Of a DNA stretch of 64,000 nucleotides, positions 39,301 through 50,200 are shown piece after piece. The stretch spans positions 168,422-232,421 of the forward strand of contig JAQGDQ010002376.1 of NCBI GenBank assembly GCA_030141605.1, given 5' to 3'. The translations under genes and the position numbers were made by a program. Position 1 is the stretch's first letter. The number at the start of each line of letters is the position of its first letter. The stretch comes from Tubiluchus corallicola. Lineage: Eukaryota > Animalia > Priapulida. Below the pieces are notes generated by a model. The model was not told where the DNA came from. It searched no databases and saw only the letters and a program-made list of their open reading frames with translations.

Positions 39301-42300
39301 ACTAAATTTTTGCTAATCCCCATACATTTTAAAATATTTTAGATATAAGATGTATTTATTTATCTACATTTATTTAAGGTAGCTGCATGTGTTATGAATT
39401 AAAAGTTTGAATTGCAAAATGATTCGATCCATTAGACATAGACATAGACATAGAACATTTATTTTCTGCATTTGTTTGACATGACAAGCTTTTTTAAATA
39501 TTACTTAATTATAGTAGTGGAGCAGGGCAAGGAAGGACCATAGGGTCATCTAGTCTCCTGCCCTGTCTTATAATTAAATTAGTATATTAAAAGTAAATGG
39601 TGAGACTGCTGATAACAAAATCAAATAGGCAAAAAATAATAATAATAAACAGTATAAATGAAAACAAAGTATAAATGAAAACAGTATAAGTGAAAACAAA
39701 AAATAATTAAGTTAGATGACACCTAAATCTAAACAAAAACAATACAATTAATACAAGTAATTATGATTATTATATATATTTTCAAATAGGGGCCTTATTG
39801 ACAGGGTGATTTTGACTGTATGGAGAGATAAAATAAGTATCAAAAAAGTGTAATATAGAAAATTTAAGAGAAAAAGTAAGTATAAGAAAGAGCAACAATT
39901 ACTTAGGAGATGAGAAAAAAAAACATTACACTCTCCATTACAAACCCACTGCATAAAGGAAGCAATAAATATGCTGGCATGTAATGCTGGTTCTGTGGGT
40001 GCTTTTATCATCTCAGCGCCTGTTACGCTGAGAATGCAAGAAACATTTTTAGCTAGTCAACTCTATATTTTTACATGTCATGCAGTACCAACTCATCATT
40101 AATTGTTACAACATTATTAAATGTTTAAAACTGACCAAATAGTGTGAATTGGGACTGTCAGTGAGTCTGAAAAACAATCACAAATGCAGTGTAGCAGCTA
40201 CTAATAGCATTATCCCTCTTCCGAGAAGGAACTTTGAAGAGAAAGTCTGCGTTTTTTATTTACAAAATACATCAATAAAAATAGTCGCATTAACAGAACT
40301 AGCATTTATTGTTAATGATGTCATACAATCACAAAATTTGCATTATTTCCAGCATTCGAAATTTATAGCGTTTTCAAGAATTTTATAACATTAGCAGCTC
40401 TCGATACGTAATCTTGATCATTGTGTTCTATTTAACTTCAGCTGTTTGATTCAATTCTACTCACACTGCCGCGACAAGGTGAAGGAGGTGGGAAATCTTC
40501 CAGTGATATCATCACAGATTTAGCAATTGATATTCTTGATAAACTGCCACCGGACTTTGACCTGGAAGAGATAGTTAAAAAGTATCCAGTCTTGTACAAT
40601 GATTCAATGAACACCGTTCTACGACAGGAACTGATTCGATTCAACAGATTGACGTCGGTCATCCGCTTAACCCTTGTAAACATTCAGAAGGCAATCAAAG
40701 GTAATGTTATTGTCTCTTTGGTTTGAAATGCGATATGTGTTCATTTCTATATATTATAATTTGTTAACTAAAGATTATAAGTAAAAAACTAGTATGCTTT
40801 CCTCTTCTAATATTTTTCTACTAATATGTAATGTGCAAGCTGAATATCAGTTCAGATACATTAATATTGAGAATGTTTATCAGGGTTATCCTGAATTAGA
40901 TTTTAGTTGCTTATCAAATTTATTTACTATCAATCTAAAGCTTGTAGCAAAGAGTAATGCAAAGTTGTTATCATCTGTCACAAGTCCACCATAATTACAC
41001 TCTCCTGTTAAGTATGTCAGTGCCTCTAATGTACACACAAGGCTAGCTGTTTGCTATTCATGTAGGTAGAGTTTGCTTGGATAGCTACATATTGGACTGT
41101 AAAGTTCTTATTGTTCTGCTTATAATTCATTGTTACAGTCAGTAAATTACTACTTCTACATCTACTACTACTACTACTGCTACTGCTGCTGCTGCTGTTG
41201 CTGCTACTACTACAAGATTCTTATTCATAGTATGGAATTTGTTCTGTCTCGCATGACGGCTTTAACTATTGTGTGTTCCTGTTAAGAAGTTTACAGTTTT
41301 TTGTATTTCAGTGGGTAACTCTAGATGTTCCTTACTATATTGACGAGTACTAGGGTAGAATTCAGCTTAACGAGTAGATTGCCTTAACTTGTAGAAAAAT
41401 ACAACTTTATTCAAGATTTGGCCCAACAAAATGGTCAACAAAAACTCTGTGGCAATGCTACAGCAATGCCCAAAATCTTGATAAATTCAGACCGTTTCAG
41501 CAGAACTCATTTAGTATTACACAATAACATGTAGTATCTTGACCCTGTTATTAGCAGATTTTCAGAATTTTAAACTTTGTGTAGTTTTAAGCTGCTTTGT
41601 GCAAATGTAATCATTAATGTTTCTTCACCTGACCTTAAGTTGTTAATTTGCAGTATGGTCTTGCTATTTTAAATATTTTAATTCTTTTTTATAGGACTGG
41701 TCTTAATGTCTACAGATTTAGAGAAATTATTTGATGCCATGCTAATTGGAAAGGTGCCAGCGGTGTGGGCTGCAAAATCCTATCCATCTCTTAAACCTCT
41801 TGGAAGTTATATTTTAGACCTTGTAGCCAGGTATGTAATGATTCACCTGTGTGAATGTTTGACTTCATCCATATAGGCATCAGTGTGTGAAATTGCATGA
41901 TATCATCTAACATCAGAGCTTCAATGCTGATACGCAGCTCAAATTCGCTAGTCGTTATTTGAATTGATAAGACTGTAGTTAGCACTGTGACTTGCAAGAT
42001 CAGGACAGGTGCTTGGAAATTAACTGCACAGGGCTGTAAAGTATACAACTAATAAATGTGATAGCAGACTATGCATTAACACTAACAAGATTAAGGTAGT
42101 GCAATCAGCTATTCATCCCCGACCTCAGAAAAGTTACACAACGTGATTTGCACGTTCCTTTTGAGAAGAACAAAAATGGGCAAGCAGCACAGCCATACAT
42201 TATAATTTTGTCTCATCATCATTATCATCATCAACATTTAAGTCCATCATTCCCATTAGATGGGGTTGGACAGGGGTCTGCCAATGGCCCACCTCCAAAT

Positions 42301-43776
42301 AACCCGCCTGCTGGTCAGCTCAGGTGACAAGTGCCACGCCTTGATGTGAACTTCCTGCCAGGTTTTTCTAGGCTGGCCAACAAGTCTCATGCCTTCAACT
42401 TGAAGTTGAGTGTGAGCTTATCTATCTATCAACTTCAGCAAATTGATCCTCTGCTCTTTGGAGATGACACAACTAACGTAGCCTTGTACTATGTAGAACA
42501 TCAGCAATGGCCACTTGATCTGCCCTCTTCCACAAGTCAGCACACTAATCCTGTTTCCTATCTTCACCATACACATCCAGTGTATCATCTGCATTTAATG
42601 TGTCTGAAAAATAGATCGTCACTTATTTATAATATTAAAGAATGTTTACTTGTTGAACTAACATTTCAAGAAATGTAAACTGTAAATGTAAATGCGTGAA
42701 TATAAAGCAATCTTTCTTTTATTTTTTAGGTTGAAATTTCTGCAGGACTGGATTGACAAAGGACCACCAATTGTTTTTTGGTTATCTGGTTTCTATTTTA
42801 CACAATCTTTCCTTACAGGTAAAAAGAATTTTCATAGATTACAGGTAACTGTAAAAGTCAATGAAGTTACATACTTCTATGCAATACAAGGGTGAGTAAG
42901 AAACTCATTAGTATGTTGTTCTAAATTAATGAATTTTGCAATTGTTTTATTTAATTGCAGGGGCTCTTCAGAATTACTCTAGGAAATACGCAATTCCAAT
43001 AGACCAGGTTGGGTTTGAGTTTGAAGTGACATCGGAGGATGCTAATATGCACGAAAGACCTGAAGATGGTGTTTATATTAAGGTAGCAATGTTGGAATAC
43101 ATCGTGGCTGGGTTATAGATGTTAAGCACATATTTCAAGTTACCATTACATGTTTATTGTTTGAGCACAAAGTACTTACAAGTTTATGAACTTGGCTGGT
43201 TGGATAAGTTCCCCAACTTTTCTGTTTCATTGCTGAAAATACTTATTTTTGTATCATGTGTTTACCAGAAAGCTTGGCCAATTATCTGTAATTTATGAAG
43301 TGTATCTTGTTTTTGAAACTCCAGAACTTCTGCCTTACTAAATAGAAAAAAAATGCCTTCCTTAAGTTTGATAGTGCACAGCCAGACATTATTTTGCACG
43401 TCACAAGCCACTTCGCTTGATCTGAATCATGCTTGCCTCTGTACAAGCTATTATTTAAGTACTAATCTAATTTTTCCAGGGTCTGTTTTTAGAAGGTGCC
43501 CGGTGGTCGCAAACTGCTAAACAAATTGAAGAGTCACTTCCAAAAATTATTTATGATTGTATGCCTGTCATATGGCTGCGACCGAAAAAGTATGTTGATA
43601 TGCTGAGAAAAAGGACATATGCCTGTCCTGTTTACAAGACCAGTGCCCGTCGAGGTGTACTGTCCACTACTGGCCATTCAACAAACTACGTCCTGACTAT
43701 CGAGTTACCTAGTGACAAACCTGAGAAACACTGGATTAACAGAGGTGTTGCAGCGTTGTGCCAACTCGATGATTAA
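947..43776 (+). CDS. DNAH3: Axonemal inner-arm dynein heavy chain, DNAH3-like (5' part lies outside the window); 40 exons
   Basis: Exons joined in one frame: 947-1069, 1638-1798, 2709-2789, 4059-4179, 5547-5609, 6208-6393, 7322-7548, 9675-9896, 10506-10633, 11894-12018, 12408-12593, 13437-13604, 14215-14348, 14794-14956, 15757-15879, 16326-16493, 17147-17364, 18138-18345, 19861-19981, 20219-20358, 21016-21217, 21686-21888, 22180-22284, 22573-22758, 22899-22979, 24030-24191, 26465-26625, 29237-29394, 29683-29837, 31063-31269, 33022-33138, 34804-35007, 36670-36807, 38017-38180, 38864-39017, 40442-40700, 41695-41830, 42730-42818, 42961-43082, 43480-43776. Motifs: [102 protein letters not shown]. 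The C-terminus [15 protein letters not shown] is closest to DNAH3 as recalled; DNAH12 or DNAH7 are not excluded. Confidence 0.93.
1638..7548 (+). CDS. Dynein AAA3 module exons
   Basis: Walker A GPTGTGKS (exon 1638-1798), Walker [10 protein letters not shown] (4059-4179), MGPPGGGRN (6208-6393), [19 protein letters not shown] (7322-7548). Confidence 0.92.
1880..2272. mobile_element. hAT-type MITE, family A (degenerate copy)
   Basis: GCCGGATT...AATCCGGT inverted ends; shares the GCTGCAGCC/GGGCC subterminal motifs with the copies at 2945 and 35541. Confidence 0.5.
2945..3330. mobile_element. hAT-type MITE, family A
   Basis: CAGGACGGGATTA...TAATCCAGCCTTC ends; near-identical 8-bp flanks CTTGCAAT/TTTGCAAT. 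Confidence 0.65.
4275..4990 (+). mobile_element. hAT deletion derivative, family B, with a degenerate transposase dimerisation-domain remnant
   Basis: Broken frames give [11 protein letters not shown]...HLNWLSL...[13 protein letters not shown], like the hAT C-terminal domain. Ends match the 7798-8194 copy and the interior matches 45470-45840. Confidence 0.65.
7798..8194 (-). mobile_element. hAT-type MITE, family B (inverted)
   Basis: CAGAGCCGTCTCAA...TTAAGATGGCCTTT TIRs; flanks TTTATAAA/TTTATGAA; ends are the reverse complement of those at 4275-4990. Confidence 0.65.
10506..14348 (+). CDS. Dynein AAA4 module exons
   Basis: [74 protein letters not shown]. Confidence 0.92.
11131..11375. repeat. 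57-bp minisatellite, ~4 copies
   Basis: TCAATCTGTTAACT recurs every 57 nt, with GGTTGGGATCTCACAGTGT-like internal segments. Confidence 0.9.
14794..20358 (+). CDS. Dynein stalk coiled coil and microtubule-binding domain exons
   Basis: [77 protein letters not shown]. Confidence 0.9.
15135..15365. repeat. (CT)n microsatellite made of two duplicated blocks
   Basis: Two long CT runs, each ending in TTTCTCTCTCCCTCTTCCTCTCCCT. Confidence 0.97.
17540..17589. repeat. Degenerate (CCCTAA)n telomere-like tract, ~8 units
   Basis: AACCCTAACCCTAACCGTAATCCAAACTCTAACCCAAACCCTAATCCTAA. Confidence 0.75.
21016..26625 (+). CDS. Dynein AAA5/buttress exons
   Basis: [93 protein letters not shown]. Confidence 0.9.
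25199..26000. mobile_element. MITE with arrays of ACATTTGGGCAC in inverted orientation at the ends (MuDR/Foldback-like)
   Basis: Three GACA(T/A)TTGGGCAC units at 25210-25252 and GTGCCCAAATG/GTACCCAATT at ~25950-25975; a related TGTCCAAATGTC array occurs at 31940-32000. Confidence 0.45.
26997..27910. mobile_element. hAT-type non-autonomous element with poly-G runs
   Basis: CAGGGGCGTTGTGC...GCACGACACCACTG TIRs; 8-bp flanks GTTATGTT/GTTACGTT; AAAAATTG(n) at both ends; internal 32-bp tandem duplication at ~27389-27453. Confidence 0.7.
28448..28865 (-). mobile_element. Putative RTE-derived short retroelement (5'UTR plus 3' end)
   Basis: Abrupt GC-richer block with no credible ORF; the minus strand ends ...CATCGTCTTCGTTAATGAAGGGCAACCA, which resembles RTE 3' ends as recalled. 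Confidence 0.35.
29237..43776 (+). CDS. Dynein AAA6 and C-terminal domain exons
   Basis: [108 protein letters not shown]; TAA ends at 43776. Confidence 0.92.
30558..30920. repeat. ~70-bp minisatellite, ~5 diverged copies
   Basis: Recurring CTGTAATCAGTAGCTAAC...CCCAGCAGTCTAGACTCTAGA...TCAGC. Confidence 0.85.
35070..35255. mobile_element. Tc1/mariner-pogo MITE
   Basis: TA|TAGTCAAACCTTGTTATA...TATAAGGAGATTGACTA|TA; imperfect TIRs with TA flanks. Confidence 0.6.
35541..35852. mobile_element. hAT-type MITE, family A (inverted relative to the 2945 copy)
   Basis: CAGGGCCAGATTAT...ATAATGTGTCCCTG TIRs with a perfect 8-bp TSD CTTACAAG (35533-35540 and 35853-35860). Confidence 0.8.
36040..36475 (+). 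mobile_element. L2/CR1-group LINE 3' end
   Basis: [16 protein letters not shown]...FKRK.KTHLFKQ, then the tail TGAAAGAGCACTTTAGAAATAAATGCATTATT; a similar tail recurs at ~28190-28270. Confidence 0.65.
38675..38762. repeat. Imperfect GTA/GTG/GCA trinucleotide repeat
   Basis: GTAGTGGTAGTGGTAGTAGTAGTGGTAGCAGCAGTAATAGCAACAGCAG. Confidence 0.8.
41147..41213. repeat. Imperfect (CTA)n/(CTG)n repeat
   Basis: CTACTACTACTACTACTGCTACTGCTGCTGCTGCTGTTGCTGCTACTACTAC. Confidence 0.8.
42215..42600 (-). mobile_element. RTE-type LINE 3' fragment
   Basis: (CAT)n tail at the left end; minus strand reads [17 protein letters not shown], like the RTE C-terminal G-R-x-GRP-x-TW motif. Confidence 0.65.
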
Positions 43777-43917
43777 TGCATTTACAACTGTAGGAATTTT
43801 TAATGAAATTAACTGATATTTAGCTTAGCTTAATGAATGAGTTTGCTGAAACTTGTAGAATATTATATTTTTATCTTATTGCCTGGTAAAATCTCAGTAA
43901 GATTTCTGTCCATATGT

Positions 43918-43923
43918 AATAAA
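43918..43923 (+). promoter_or_regulatory. Candidate polyadenylation signal of the dynein gene
   Basis: AATAAA about 140 nt after the stop codon, followed by T/GT-rich sequence. Confidence 0.5.
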
Positions 43924-45469
43924 AGACCATAATTTGTATGCATACTGTTTGAAATAGTTTTTCAAATATAACAGTTATTGTAATACATGTTAAAAATGTT
44001 TGTACTTTTTTATGTTTGTTTTAAAATCAGCATTTAGCAAGATAAGTTGGGCACAGTAGATGACAACCCTAAAAGGGTCCGTAGCATTAAATGGCTAATA
44101 ACCGCTATTACACAAATACATACATTCTTTGCTTGTTAAATTTGCCGTCTACTCAAACCAACAGTAGAATGGGGTGACAGTCCATTAATTGCTAACATTG
44201 TTTCTGTTAATTTTCTGCTGCCGGTATGAGCGTTCGGGATTGGGGCCATTCTGACCCCTACTCCTGAATCGAGATTTTAAAGCATTTCAAGTAAAAAGCG
44301 TTCAAATTTTCTAAACAAACAAAAAATATAATATGTCATTTAACATTCATTGTTGGTGAATTAAACAATTTGGTCGTCAATATATTTTCCTGACACTTCA
44401 GTTAATTTTTTCACTTGAGGCCTGAATTGATCAATAGTTTTATTGAAAATACAATCCCAATGTTAATACAGTAAAATTATACATATATACTATGTATTGT
44501 CTGTTTTTTATTTTTATGGACCTGGCGGCAATATCAAACAAAGTTTTTATTTTCTGGACTTCATCGTAAAAATTAGTTCATAAGTGCTAAAATGTTTCTG
44601 GGTTTGCCCTGTTGAATTTTATACGTTCAGGGTACAATACAATTTTATTGAATAAAAGCTCTCGGCTATCTACCATATTATATAAAAAGGTTTTTACTTT
44701 ACATTTTCATCCTCGTTATTTGCAATCTTGGCACATCTGATTTCTGCCTAGGTGTTGCTACCTGACTAATATTTGTGAACAGCAAAATTAATCGGCCCAT
44801 GGTCACAAATTTAGCCCAGTATGAGTGCATGATTTTGATTTCACAGGGCTAGGCTTACGGATAAAGCTCAAAAGTACGAATATCCTCGATGATTACAAAT
44901 GGCACTGCAGTTCTGCTACTGCCTCGTCACATAGTACCTGTGTGGGCTACAGAGGAATGGCCGGGAAGAGAGAATGATGCTCTTCTGAAGACACTCATTC
45001 TTCTGAACATCAGAGCCAAACTAATCCGATCAGCGATATTAAAGGCTCATACTTGGGGAGAAAGCTCCTGCCCGCGCGGCCCAGTAGAGTGAGACAGGAG
45101 TGGATTCTGGTCACCTTCTGTACAGGATGTATAATGCTGGAATCTATACATCCAAACATGAGACTGCTGAAACGGAAAGCACCTGGTCAGATATGGAGCA
45201 ACTGGAGCAATCTTGGGTCTTAACCAAATGTTCGTCACTGTTATCGTCTAAGGACTGGGTGAGCTAGCTACCCAGTAGCTGAACGCTGTGTGCCTTTGAC
45301 TGTGTCATCCACTTTTGGGATATGGAGCAGCTGCAAGTGTTCTTATATAGACTTTAACCAAATGATCATCACTTATCAGTGAAGGTTGTCTAGAGGTTTG
45401 TTGTAGTGCTGCTCGAGCCCTAAGGGTGACCAAATCCGATGCCTGTGAAAACAAATCAAATGAAAATAA

Positions 45470-45840
45470 ATAACAGAAAATATTACGTAGCACAATGCTT
45501 GAACTGGTTTTCAATGTATATTGAAAATGCCATCCTGAAGACCATCGACTTAAAGCCAGTTATAAAGCAATTCTCTGCAAGCAAATTTTTCACAAATGTT
45601 TGTGCTGAACACTTGATTAATAATAAATAATTCATAGTAATTTCATACTGTGCCATCACTACCAATTGTGTACTTACCATTTATATGTTCAAATTTTTGT
45701 GTTGTTTAATCCTTGCTGTGCACCATGTTTTTCAATGTTTAAACACTGATTTTGTTGGAAGTACCAATACAATAAATATAATCGATGTTTATCGAACATA
45801 GGGCCCTGTGCCTTGCTTTGCTTGGAGACCTATTCCTAAT
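45470..45840 (+). mobile_element. hAT family B fragment
   Basis: TTGAACTGG...CATCCTGAAGACCAT..AAGCCA and AATGTTTAAACA..GATTTTGTT...CCAATACAATAAA are shared with 4550-4900. Confidence 0.65.
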
Positions 45841-45959
45841 AAGCTGATCAGAAATTGTTCAATAATCACAACCCATAATCACTGTTCGTTCACCGATCGG
45901 TTCAGCCCAACACTAATACTGATTGATTAATGATGAAATAAAATTCACTACCTCATAGT

Positions 45960-46290
45960 TGGAAGTTAGCCAACGTAACACTTATTTTTAAGAAAGGCCT
46001 GTGTAGTGATCCTGGTAATTATTGGCCTATTTCTTTAACTTCATTAGTATGTAAAGTCATGAGATCTATTTTGCGGAGTTATATCATTGTTCATTTTGAA
46101 AAGAATATTATTTGACTCCTAACATGGATTCACTAAAGGCCATTCTTGCTTGACCAATCCAATAAGTTTTTTCGGTGATATCACTTCTATGCTTGATCAA
46201 GGAAGTCCTGTTGATGTCGTTTATTTTGATTTTGCCATGGCTTTGCTCATCGAAGACTGCTTAGAAAGATTAAAGCCCATAGTGTTTCTG
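45960..46290 (+). mobile_element. CR1-clade LINE reverse transcriptase remnant
   Basis: WKLANVTLIFKKG..DPGNYWPISLTSLVCKVM...HGFTKGHSCLTN...GSPVDVVYFDFA, with frameshifts. Confidence 0.85.
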
Positions 46291-46519
46291 GAGTTACGGG
46301 TTTCTGAGTGTACTCGCTTAACCCCTAATCACGACAGTATAACAGCAGTGTATTAATTGGTTCTGAGTAAACTGGAAAAATGATTTTCTATAGATGCACC
46401 ATATCAAATAGTGCTTTTGTAGGACATAAAAATTTTTAGTTCCAATGTACTTTGGAGCAGTAAATTTAGAACAAGAGATTTCGATAAAAGATATGTAATA
46501 GTTCTCTATTTTTGAAAAC

Positions 46520-46760
46520 TTGAAACATGAACAGAACAGACAACGGCGGTCGCCGTACAGCAGCAGAAAACTATGACCAAAGTGCGCACTGTGCTGGCGC
46601 ATGCAGTAGGCGATCACGTGGTATTATGCTAATTACTTTTCGCTCGGGTGTTTCCGGGTCGGCAAACTTCGTTGTTTGTCGTAAGTTTTCACAGCGGCCG
46701 CCATTTTCACGTAGATTTTGGGCACCGGAGTTCGTAGATTTTATATTCGCTTTAGCTGCC
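46520..46760 (+). promoter_or_regulatory. CpG-rich housekeeping-type promoter of CBP/p300
   Basis: Local CpG enrichment. GCGCATGC (NRF1-like, 46597-46604), CACGTG E-box (46615-46620), TTTCCGGGT ETS-like (46651-46659) and a perfect YY1 motif GCCGCCATTTT (46697-46707), about 400-500 nt upstream of the ATG. Confidence 0.7.
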
Positions 46761-47109
46761 TTAATTTGTGTTATGTATAAATTATTCTTTTCGAAAATAT
46801 GCACGAGAGTACCAGCAGTAAATATGTGCAAAAAACATTTTCGCTGGGCGTTCACATGTTCATATTACTAATGACTTTTGTACAGTGTTAATATGCGCAT
46901 TGAGTAGTCGTTTTGGACGCTTGTTTACCTGTTAAAACTGTGATGCCCTGAACAGCCAACGAGATTTTATTATGAATTTTTACGTTTCTTTTATTTATTT
47001 GTTACTTTGCGAGTAGCTGATAATTTGGTGCAATTATTTTGAGTTGTGTAGTCACCGTTTCGTACTGCTTTGGTGAAAAACTTTCAAGCAGTTCGTTGTC
47101 AACATTACC

Positions 47110-47206
47110 ATGGCTGAACGACATCAGGTTCACGAACTTGGCCAAGAAGATTTGCCTGCCAAAAGACAGAAACTGTCATCTCCAACACTTTCTTTATCTA
47201 ATCATG
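47110..47206 (+). CDS. CREBBP: CBP/p300 first coding exon with NLS
   Basis: accATGG Kozak context; [32 protein letters not shown]; GT donor at 47207. Confidence 0.85.
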
Positions 47207-50200
47207 GTAATTTAAAAAATATTTTCTATTTTTTTCCACTCTGATTTGACTAGAGTGTAGTAATTCAATTTATAATGTATATTGTACTAGAGTAGAGTTT
47301 CCCCTGGAATGAGCTACATTTAAACAGGTCTGTAAAATTCACTGTAAAAACCATGCTACAATTTCACGCAATTTTAAACTTGACGATTTAAGCCTAACTG
47401 AGTAAATTTTTAGAATCACGCATGTGTAACATAGAAAACTGATTTCTATTCTTATTTTTTCGTGAATCGAATTGAAACCAATAACTGTGCAGGCTTCCAA
47501 ACAAAATCTAGCTAACAACTAGAAAATTTAAATGTAAATTACAAATATAATAAAGTTATGTTATACATGTTTAATGGAATATATTGATTTTGTATATTAT
47601 GTAAAATATTTTTTTCTTTATATTATATTGCACAGATATTATTAATCGGTCACAGTCTGAGCAAAAAGTAATGTGTCAGCAGTGGGAATGTTACCAAAAT
47701 GGAAATTTCGTTTCAGTTTGCTGATAGTTACCTTTTCGGTTCAGTTTCGTTTTTGTCAAAAATTATTAAGTTTTCCAGACACTTTCACTAATTTTCGGTT
47801 GCATTTTTCCGAGGTACTAGTAGTATTTATCCAGCTTACCTTTTCTTTTCTTTAGATGTCAAAAACCACCGAAAAATCTTAGGTAAAATACTTCATATAA
47901 AGAGAAATTGTCATTTATTTAACTTTTTCGAACATTTTTACATGGCAATGCTGCACATCTTCATTGCTGATGACTGTGAAGCTTTAAGATCTCCTTTCAT
48001 CCCAGGCATAATCAACCATATATAAAATATAAAAATATGAACAAAACCAAGTTTAACTTTATGATTTAGACAACTAAATACACTCACTCGGAATATTTTT
48101 AGTGCACAACCAGCCGTGAATTTTATAATCTTTTTGTATGTTCATAGGTACCTGACAATCGTATGCGTGCATTTTTTTAATTTAATATTTCGGCGAGGAC
48201 GCAACCATGTTTTTTATGGCTAACTTTAGGCCGTGGTTACCATTCTGTAAAGTGCTTATTATCATATCAATTGGTAGCTAAAAATGATTGAATTTTCTGT
48301 CAAATTATCATATTAACGACCTAGTAGTGTTGTCGATTATAATTATTAGAACATATGTTCTTACCAAGGACACGAAAAAGATAATCATCTGTCCCATATA
48401 TCTCATTCATACCATACGAAAAAACTGAAACACAAACTAAAGGAAAGAAAATTTGTTTCCTCCCTCTCTAAATCCCTTTTGAATTCATGAGGTAAGACAT
48501 AAACAGTTTTGTTTTGAGGCCCACCTTAATTTATTAATCTTATTTGAATACTGGTGATGTACATTACAGTACTTGGTACAAGCAATTTTTCTATTGGAAA
48601 TTAGGCCAGACAGTTAAAAAATCTGTCTGTTTCATTTTTTTCAATGTGTAAAGAATTATTCTATACAACATTAATTTTGTACAGCAATTTGACAACCTTA
48701 CAATGTATGAAATGTTTTCCTTTGCCCGAAAAATATGAGAAAAGCTTATCACTGATGCTTAAATTGCAAAATTAAAACAGTCTAGCAAGAAATTGTTAAT
48801 GATTAACGAAGTCCCAAACAACTCCTTTAGTTAAATGCTGCCTGAGCAGCTGTGGCTAGACATGTTTAAGTGTTCAACAATGGAGCTGTGCAACTTGAGG
48901 TTGTGTGAAAGTTAATAAGCTTAACTGTTAGCCACCTAGCTGAGTTATCTCATATTGCAGAAATGTAGAGACATTGGATTGTGGGCGGCTATGCTTGGTA
49001 CCCTATCTCACAAGTGCGCGCCAGCCCAGTACTGTAACTATGAAAGTTTAACCAGATCAAAATTGGTCGATATTTATGCAAATATCTGCAGTTTGATTTA
49101 TCGTGAAATAGCAAAATTTTGCTAAATATCAGGAAAATCTGTTTTCGAAAAGTTCAGTTTTCGAAAGAAATGGAAGAGTGGAATTAAAAAATAGCATTTC
49201 CATAATGAGCGCTTTTTGCAGACATTTGACATACTGTGTTTATCAATAAGTTGCAGTTTCACTGCGAAAATGAAATACATTTTGTCACATATTACACAGT
49301 AAACAAAAAGTTCATTGATTTTAAACACGTGCATTGTTGTAAAACTAAATTCAATGGCCCTTACTGGGCACATTAGTTATGCACGGCTAATTCATTATTG
49401 CAGAATCGCTCTTATTTGTGTTTGAATTTGCTTCTCAATCGGATATACTTAATGATGATTTTAAAACACAATTTCATCTAAAGAAGTTTTTTCAACATTA
49501 TAGGATTTGACAGGTTGACTGCCGCAAAACCAGCTCTCCAACCATCACCTGGTTTTACCGTTCAGAACAATGTACCATAACCTGGGTCATTACCAAGACT
49601 AATCCTCTGAGAAACCATTACCCCCTGACATTGAGCTAAGATCCAGACTCGTCACAAATACCAACGTATTGAGTAGGCCGTTTCGCTGAATGCTACATTA
49701 CTTGTATAAAGTATAATCCATTTGTCCATATTGCACAAAAAATAATATTGTACATGTCTCTAACTTTACATTGTAGCTTTAGAATTCAAACATCATTTGT
49801 GTTGCTTATTTTTTCAGATGCCTTTGACAGTTTTTGGGAATCTGTCATGGGAGAACATCCGCCTCCATCTAGCAACTCCACAACTCTCAGTGCACCATCG
49901 TCGCAGAGTCTAGTAAACGGCACTATAATAGACAACCCTTCTTTAGCCCGGCTCTTACCAAACAAAGCAGGACCGAAGTCCAGTAGTCCACAATGTGCCA
50001 CTCGTGGCGCAACTTCCAGTCCTGGATTTCAGCGAAGCCCAATTTACAATCACTTGGCATCTCCACCGCCAAATATTGTAAACAGTAAATCAGCAACACC
50101 TTCTAGTAGTCCGCAGGTTAACGTGACTGTGTCTGGATTTACGAGCAGCCCTTCGTCTGGCGTTTTCTCCAACAGTACGTACTCGAGCTCTCCGACATCA

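Noticed and set aside
46527-46871. Opposing ORFs of 114 aa and 94 aa at the CBP promoter
   Set aside because: Explained by stop-codon scarcity in the GC-richer promoter, with no homology recognised; only the short internal uORF is kept as a possibility.
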